A stretch of 64,000 nt of DNA, taken from contig JBBPEB010000031.1 of NCBI GenBank assembly GCA_039096225.1, positions 1 to 64,000 of the forward strand. The letters are read 5' to 3'. Below, in pieces: positions 56,705 through 64,000 of the stretch; position 1 is the stretch's first letter; each line of letters opens with the position of its first letter. Below the pieces are notes generated by a model. The model saw only the letters and a program-made list of their open reading frames with translations. It ran no database searches and was not told where the DNA came from. Source of the DNA: Blastocystis sp. Blastoise. Taxonomy: Eukaryota > Protista > Bigyra: Opalinata. Position numbers and translations under genes: made by a program.

Positions 56705-57370
56705 TTATTAATTAATATAAAGTATAACCTTTATTAATATAATATAATACATAGATATAGTATGATAATATATATATTAATATAAAGTATAACATTTATT
56801 AATATAATAATACATACATAAGTATAGTATGATATATTAATTAATATAAAGTATAACCTTCATCAATATAATATGATACATAAGTATAGTATGATATATT
56901 AATTAATATAAAGTATAACCTTTATTAATATAATATAAGTCATAGATATAGTATGATATATTTATTAATATAAAGTATATAACTCTTATTAATATAATAT
57001 AATACATAGATATACTATGATATATTTATTAATATAAAGTATAACCTTTATTAATATAATATAATACATAAGTATAGTATGATATTATATATATTAATAT
57101 AAAGTATATAACCTTTATTAATATAATAATACATAGAATATACTATGATATATTAATTAATATAAAGTATAACATTTATTAATATAATAATACATAGATA
57201 TACTATGATATATTTATTAATATAAAGTATATAACCTTTATTAATATAATAATACATAGATATACTATGATATATTTATTAATATAAAGTATATAACCTT
57301 TATTAATATAATAATACATACATATAGTATGATATATTAAATAATATAAAGTAAAAACTTTATTAATTAA
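56705..57370. repeat. About 60-62-bp AT-rich minisatellite, roughly 11 units (in A1: 30628-30871 + 34041-34460)
   Basis: Unit ATTAATATAAAGTATATAACCTTTATTAATATAATAATACATAGATATACTATGATATATTT. Confidence 0.9.
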
Positions 57371-57905
57371 TAATTATCTTCAATACTATAATGTAATGAA
57401 AGATAATATTATAATTAATGAAAACTAATATTAAATAAGTATAGGTAATTAATATTGTATAATTTATTAAACAATCTATATGATTCAACCTCATAGAGGA
57501 CATCTATAGCTATTGTGCTTTGTTACAACATTCTATAAACATATAGCTAACTACCAGTTAATATCATATACAATGTGAGTAAGTGAAGAATCTTAACACT
57601 TAGATATCTCATCATTGATAGTATTACATCGGTTAGACTATATAGAGTTAGAAGCGAACAATAGTCAGCAATAGTATGAGTCATATAGGTAATCAATAGT
57701 TGTATTAATTAAATTAAATACAAATATTAAAATACTCAACACTATTTAATATTAAGTAATTCAAAAATTATCTTAATATCCGACACCTTCCCGTTAATCG
57801 ATACGATTAAAGTAAAATTAAAATAAAAAAAAAAAATAACAAAACAAAAATGAAAAAAGAAAGGATTCTATTAAATATTTAAATACTAAGTAGCTAAAGC
57901 TAAGC

Positions 57906-59265
57906 TTAGTAAATAAATATATAAATAGATAATAAAAAGAAAGCAGACAACAGAAAGCTATTATCTGTGAAAGAAAAAAAAATAATAAAACAAAAGAAAA
58001 AGAAACTAAAATAATAAATAATACTTACCCACAACTTTATTTGAACCTATATAAGTATAGAATATAATATAAGTATAAATATACATTGAATAATTGAAGA
58101 ATTGTTGACACCATCAACGACTGAAGAATTATTAACACCATCACCTATATATATATATACAATAGTATAAGTATAAATAAATAAATAATATTATATATAT
58201 ATATATATACCTTTATATATATTAGTAGTAACTATATCAAGACCAACAACAGAGTCACACGATCCCAAATTAAAAGACACACCTATATAGAATCATAAAA
58301 TAGAATAAACATAGATACATATATATATATATATATATATATACCTTCTGAAGAAGGAATAGAAGAATGACCATGTACTAACTGAGTTGAAGGACCTATA
58401 TAAAAACAAATAAGAAAGAATTAAAAGAATAATAAAAAATATATATATATGATATATCTATATACCTTTAGCATTAGAAGGATGATCACCATCAGATACA
58501 GTACCATGAACAGAAGACACTATCAGAACAGAAGGACCTATATATATTTATAAAATAAAAGTAAATCAAAAAGAAGAAAAAGAAAATATATTATATATAC
58601 CTTCTTTATGATTAAGATCAGCACCAACATTCATAGCAACAGAAGAACCTATAATAACATATAAATAGGAAATAAAAGAAATAATTAAAAATAAATAAAT
58701 AAATAAATGATTACATACCTTGAAGACCATGAGAAGAGTTAGCATCACCATCAGTAGCATCAGCAACAACATCATCATGAGTATAAGAACCTATAGATAA
58801 ATAAAAATAAAAAAAAAAATAAAATAAATGATTGACAACATACCTTCAAGACCATTAGTGGAGTGTATATCATCATCAATAGCTCCAGCAACAGAGTCCA
58901 CAACAACAGAAGAACCTATAGATAAATAAAAATATAAAAATAAAAACAAATGATTGACAACATACCTTCAAGACCACTTGAAAACATTATACCATCATCA
59001 GTAAAGGACACCAAGGACAGAGAAGAGTCTAAGATAATATAAAATAATAAAACAAAAAGAAATGTATAAATATATACCTTCAAGACCATATTGATAAGCA
59101 CCATCACCATCAATGACATCCATACTTGCATCCTGTTGAGTAGAAGAACCTATATATGAATAATAAAAAAAAATAAATACAATACATACTGGACCGTCTT
59201 TGAGAAACGTATTTTTTTTGATTCAAGGACCTCCGCCTTGATGACATTCTGCCTTTTCTAGGCAT
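57906..59265 (-). CDS. Microexon-array gene, 12 exons, 244 aa: basic N-terminus, Ser/Gly/Asp/Val-rich exon repeats, hydrophobic C-tail; function unknown
   Basis: Exons 59265-59190, 59149-59078, 59028-58966, 58915-58844, 58790-58719, 58648-58601, 58537-58466, 58395-58345, 58282-58211, 58144-58085, 58046-58029, 57964-57906; all introns GT-AG and phase 1; spliced frame open for 735 nt. Confidence 0.85.
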
Positions 59266-59819
59266 CTTATTTAATAATTTAATAAAAATAAGTATTTTTA
59301 TGTAGAAAACAAAAACATATTCATATTTGAACTTTTGTAAAATAGGGACAATATTTAAAATATGCATATTTAAAAATTAATAGGAATCATAAATAACCTC
59401 GAATTTTTATTATTATCTTATGCTAAGCTGATAATAGGGACATTTTTTATTAAAAACATTTTGGGTACCCAAAAACTATAGTTTTTTACATTTTTTAAAT
59501 ATTTGTTTGTATTGATTGTCTGGGTATGTTTTATTAATTAATTTGATGTTATTTAGTTATTATTTTTATATTTATTTGTATATATTAATTTATTTATTTA
59601 TAACTAGGGTCACGCCGCAGGTCCGGGGCCTAACGGCACCGGACCGCGGCTGCAATGAATAATAACTGTTTGGTTTTTATTTACTTTCTTTCCTTTTTAT
59701 CTATTATATATTATATATTATATATTATATAATATATATTATTTATTAAATATTATCTATAATATGTTACTTATTATATATTATATATTATATATTATAT
59801 ATATTATTTTAATAACACT

Positions 59820-59887
59820 TCTTATACTCTATATGGAGAGTAGCAATCATTTATTGATTGTAATCAGGTTCAATTCCTGATATAAGA
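59820..59887 (+). ncRNA. tRNA-like cloverleaf, 3'-end type
   Basis: Same as 1651-1718. Confidence 0.7.
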
Positions 59888-61259
59888 ACTAAATAGATTA
59901 TTTGAATAGTATCTGAAAAACTAAAAACAATACTTGAAGAAAATAAGAAATCCTTTTTGAATCATTATATTTGTTATTTATTATTTTAAAAATATATTTT
60001 GTATTTATAAATAGTTAAATTACTGTTTTAATTATTATGGAGTTTCTAAAGGTAATAAATTTAGAAATGGGTCATAATGTTAAGTATTGAAAAATATTTT
60101 TATGTTGTAAAATCATTTTAAATAGATTATAATAAAATAGCATAAACTTATTTTAATCATTTCATAAAAATAAAACAAATCTAACACAACAAAGTCAACA
60201 TTCATTTTGACTTTAACGACTTAAACACAAAGTTTTTGAATTAATATTAATAAATTCAATCTAAATAGCATTTCTAAACACAAAAGTGTCAACAATATTA
60301 CTTTTAGAGAGACTTTACCATTTCGATATCAAGTGTATCAAAATAGTTTTAGACATAACTTCCACATAGTATAGATCTCATTATTTTATTTATTAATTCA
60401 AGTTTAATGTCTTGAATCTCTGACTTCAAGATCATTTTTAACACATTTTGAAAGGTTGACACACTTATAATTAATTTTAAAAGCTAATATTATAACACTA
60501 TACTCATCATAACTCTATCAACATAAGAGTCACCATTTTGACACTCTTTATAAACATTTTACATTTGGTCATACACTTTGTCAAGTGTATTTTTGTCCTT
60601 TCTTTTGATATAATTTAGAATATAATTCATAGTTTGATAAATAAAATATTTTATATTGAATCTCATCCTTTGGATAATTCATTTCTACATTTAAAAATAT
60701 TAATCCCTTTAAACTTGTTTTTAAAAGTCAAAATTTTCATAGTCTAATGAAAACACAATTTTAAAAGAATATACTAACTCTTTAAAATTTCTAGACAACT
60801 CAAACACATTGTTAATTCACTTTTCAAAAATGAAATTCTCTTATTTTTTAATATGTTGTAGAATTTAGCTTATTATATATTAAACTTCTATTAGAATTTC
60901 GAATCTCCTATTTTAAGATAATATTTTTTATTTTACAACCTTAAAGTTACTTTTATGAGTTAATACGTTCACAAAATTATGTAAATATAAATGCTAGTAA
61001 ACAGAGAAACTCAAAACTTAAATATCTCAATTATTGACAGTTTTAAATCAGTAATACTATACAGTGTTAAAAGTGACAATAAATGTTTTAAAATTTAATT
61101 CAAATATTTAAAAACTTGACACTATTTAACATACTAAGTATTTCAAGAATTATCTTAATAGTCGACACAATTTAAATAAAAAAAAAAAGAAAAAGAACAA
61201 AACAAAAATAGCAAAAGAAAACATTTAAATATAGAATAGCTAAAACGATAACAACAGCA

Positions 61260-62655
61260 TAAATAAATAAATAATATAAAGAAAGCAGATAATAGAAAGC
61301 TATTAAATGTGAAAAATAATAATAATAATAAACAAAAGAAAAAGAAAAAGAACTAAAAAAAAAAAAATCTAAACATAACCATAACACTAAGAGAACCTAT
61401 ATAGATAAAAGATATATATATATAATAAGAGATAGTATAATAAATATATCTAACATATATATATTAAAAGAAATATTATAAATATTTGTTATATATATAT
61501 ATATATACCTTTAGATACATTTTTATTATTAAAATGAAAGCTAACATTAGGGTGATAAGATCCCCTATTAGAAAAGACACCTATATATAATATAATAAAT
61601 GATAAAATATATATAAACAATAAATATATATATATACCTTCTAAAGAAGGAACAGAGGAATCACCATGATATCTTAACTGACTTGAAGAACCTATATATA
61701 ATGAAAAGATAATTAATAAATCAAAAAAAAAGAAAGGAAGAAATAAGAATATACCTGTATCATTATTACTATTAATCCAAGACTCCATAAGAAAAGAACG
61801 ACCTATATAAGATAAAAATAATAATAAACTAAATTAAATTTAAAAAGTAGACATACCTTCATCATTAATACGTTCAGCAACTACAACCACAACAGTAGAA
61901 TAACCTATAAAGAAACAGTAATAGACAAATAATAAATAAAAAAAAAATAATAATAAATGAATGACAATATATATATACCTTTAATATCATATGAGCAGTC
62001 TACCTGATCACCAACAACATCCATAGCAACATTTACATCAATAAAACAAATCTATATATATAAAAGTAAAAAAAAAAATAAATGAATGACAACATACCTT
62101 CAACACCACACAGACATCTATTATCAACATCACTGTTAACATGTACAACAACTGAAGAACCTATATATATATAGAAATAATAAAAAAATAATAATAAAAT
62201 ATAAAAAAAAAATAAATGATTGGTAACATACCATCTATAAAGCAAGAAGAACCTACATCAACACCGATATCACTATTGGAATCACTTACAATAACAGAAG
62301 AACCTATAAATAAAGAAAAGTTAAAAAAATAAAAACAAATCATTGACAACATACCTTCACAGTTAGCATAACAGGCAACACCACCACCACTGCATAATTC
62401 AAATAGCATAGAAGAACCTAAAATAATATAATAAATAATTAAAAAAAAAAGAAATGGAAAAATATATACCTTAAAGACCATCATAGCAAGTACCACCAAG
62501 ACCAAGAGCATACACAACTGGATTTTATTGAGTAGAAGAACCTAAATATGAATAATAATAACAAATAGATATAATATACCTGATTTTCTTTGAAATATAA
62601 ATTATTTTTTATTTCCAGGCCTCCTCCTGGATGACATTTTGTTGTTTTCAGACAT
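61260..62655 (-). pseudogene. Decayed microexon-array paralog in B4 (3' limit approximate)
   Basis: B-like exons with the same stops; exon 1 is a variant haplotype. Confidence 0.72.
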
Positions 62656-63443
62656 CTTATTTAATAATATAATATACAATTAAGTATTTGAATATGTATT
62701 TAAGAATCCTATTTCATTTGTATTAATAAATATAATAGGGTCTATTTTCAAAATATGCTTCTTTAAACATAATAGAAATAAAAAAAAACCTTAATTTTTT
62801 ATTGATTTTGTTACTAAAGTAATAATTGGGTCATTCTTATTTAAAATCATTTTGGGTACCCAAAAAACATAGTTCTTTACTCTTTTTTTAAATATTTAAT
62901 TATATTGATTGACTGAGTATGTTTTATTTATTTATTTGATATTGTTTAGTTATTATTTTTATATATATTTGTATGTATATATTTATTTATTTAAAATAAT
63001 ACACTTTTCTATAGGATTCTTTTGTATTTTCCTTGGTTGTGGTGTTGAAGTGTTCTTGAAGTGGTCTTGGCTGTGTAAAATGGTTTATTTATGATCAGGT
63101 ATATAAATATATTATTTATTTCTTAAGATCTGTTTTTCTTTTTGTTAATTCGTTTTTATTATTTATTATTTTTATTATCAATATTATTTATTTAGTCTTT
63201 ACATATAATTTATTCTATATATTATTAATAATTTTTATTCTATAGGAAAGAAACTTTAATGGATGTGTTGTGGTCTTCGTTGCTAAATATTTTCCTTCTT
63301 TAATCTGTCGTTCAAGGTTATTTTAAAGGTATATATTTATATTTTATTTATTATTTTTATTATTTATTGTTTACTTTTTTTTTATTATTTATTTATTTAT
63401 TTATTATTTATTTATTCATTTTTTTTATATGTTTATTTATTTA

Positions 63444-63492
<49 letters not shown>

Positions 63493-64000
63493 TGTTTATT
63501 ATTTATTTATTTATTTATTTATTTATTATGTTTATTTATTGTATATAGGTTTAATATTCTTCTTAGTTTTTTTTTTTCTTCTTTCTATCTTCGTTCTTCT
63601 TCCTTCTTACTTCTTCCTTCTTCCTCATCTTTCCTACTTACTTCTTCTTCCTTCCTTCTTCTTCCTTCTTCCTTCTTCCTATTTCCTTCTTCATTCCTTC
63701 TTCCTTCTTCCTATTTCCTTCTCCATTCATGCTTCCTTCTTCCTATTTCATTCTTCATTCATGCTTCCTACTTCCTACTTCCTTCTTCCTTCTTCCTCAT
63801 CTTTGATTCTTCTTACTTACTTCTTCTTCATTCTGGATTCTTCCTTCTTCCTCATCCTTCCTTATTCTTACTTCTTCTTACTTCCTTCTTTCTCATCCTT
63901 CTTCCTCATCCTTCCTTATTCTTACTTCTTCTTCCTAATCCTTCCTACTTCCTTCTTCCTCATCCTTCCACTTCATTTCCTTCTTATTATATATATATAA

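Larger units (their letters stand above)
50629..64000 (-). mobile_element. Autonomous Helitron copy A2 with intact RepHel (5' part presumably beyond the window)
   Basis: CTAG + hairpin at 50629; uninterrupted RepHel ORF; collinear with A1 up to the insertion at 59604. Confidence 0.95.
59604..64000 (-). mobile_element. Non-autonomous Helitron, B/C mosaic (copy B4), nested in A2 and cut by the window end
   Basis: CTAG + hairpin at 59604; empty site atttataa|taatacac at about 36685-36700 in A1. Confidence 0.93.

Noticed and set aside
57906-59265. CRISPR-like repeat-spacer array
   Set aside because: The alternation is exon/intron with GT-AG borders and an open spliced frame; repeats are not identical and there are no cas genes

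Overview
Very AT-rich eukaryotic DNA with short GT-AG introns. About 94% of the window (about 59.9 kb) is a nested stack of ten Helitron rolling-circle transposons of one family. Every end visible in the window is canonical (5' TC, 3' GC-rich hairpin + CTAG), and every junction that can be checked is A|T with no target duplication. There are two copies of a ~12-kb autonomous element encoding RepHel (HUH Rep + Pif1 helicase; one intact, one split by an insertion), five ~6.4-6.5-kb non-autonomous cargo elements and three 2.7-3.2-kb short elements. The elements carry unusual internal modules. (1) A 66-68-nt tRNA-like cloverleaf with compensatory base changes occurs in 13 copies, always antisense to the element. 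It keeps the D-loop GG and T-loop TTCAATT but has no conserved anticodon. (2) A 12-exon gene built from symmetric phase-1 microexons is intact only in the autonomous element and is in phase to splice onto RepHel. (3) A divergent spliced, probably non-coding transcript starts near a TTTTGGGTACCCAAAA palindrome and runs into the cloverleaf. (4) Satellite-like arrays have a 244/488-bp period. Host sequence is limited to 1-1434, 20916-21861 and 48878-50628. All calls come from manual reading; no searches or folding programs were run.
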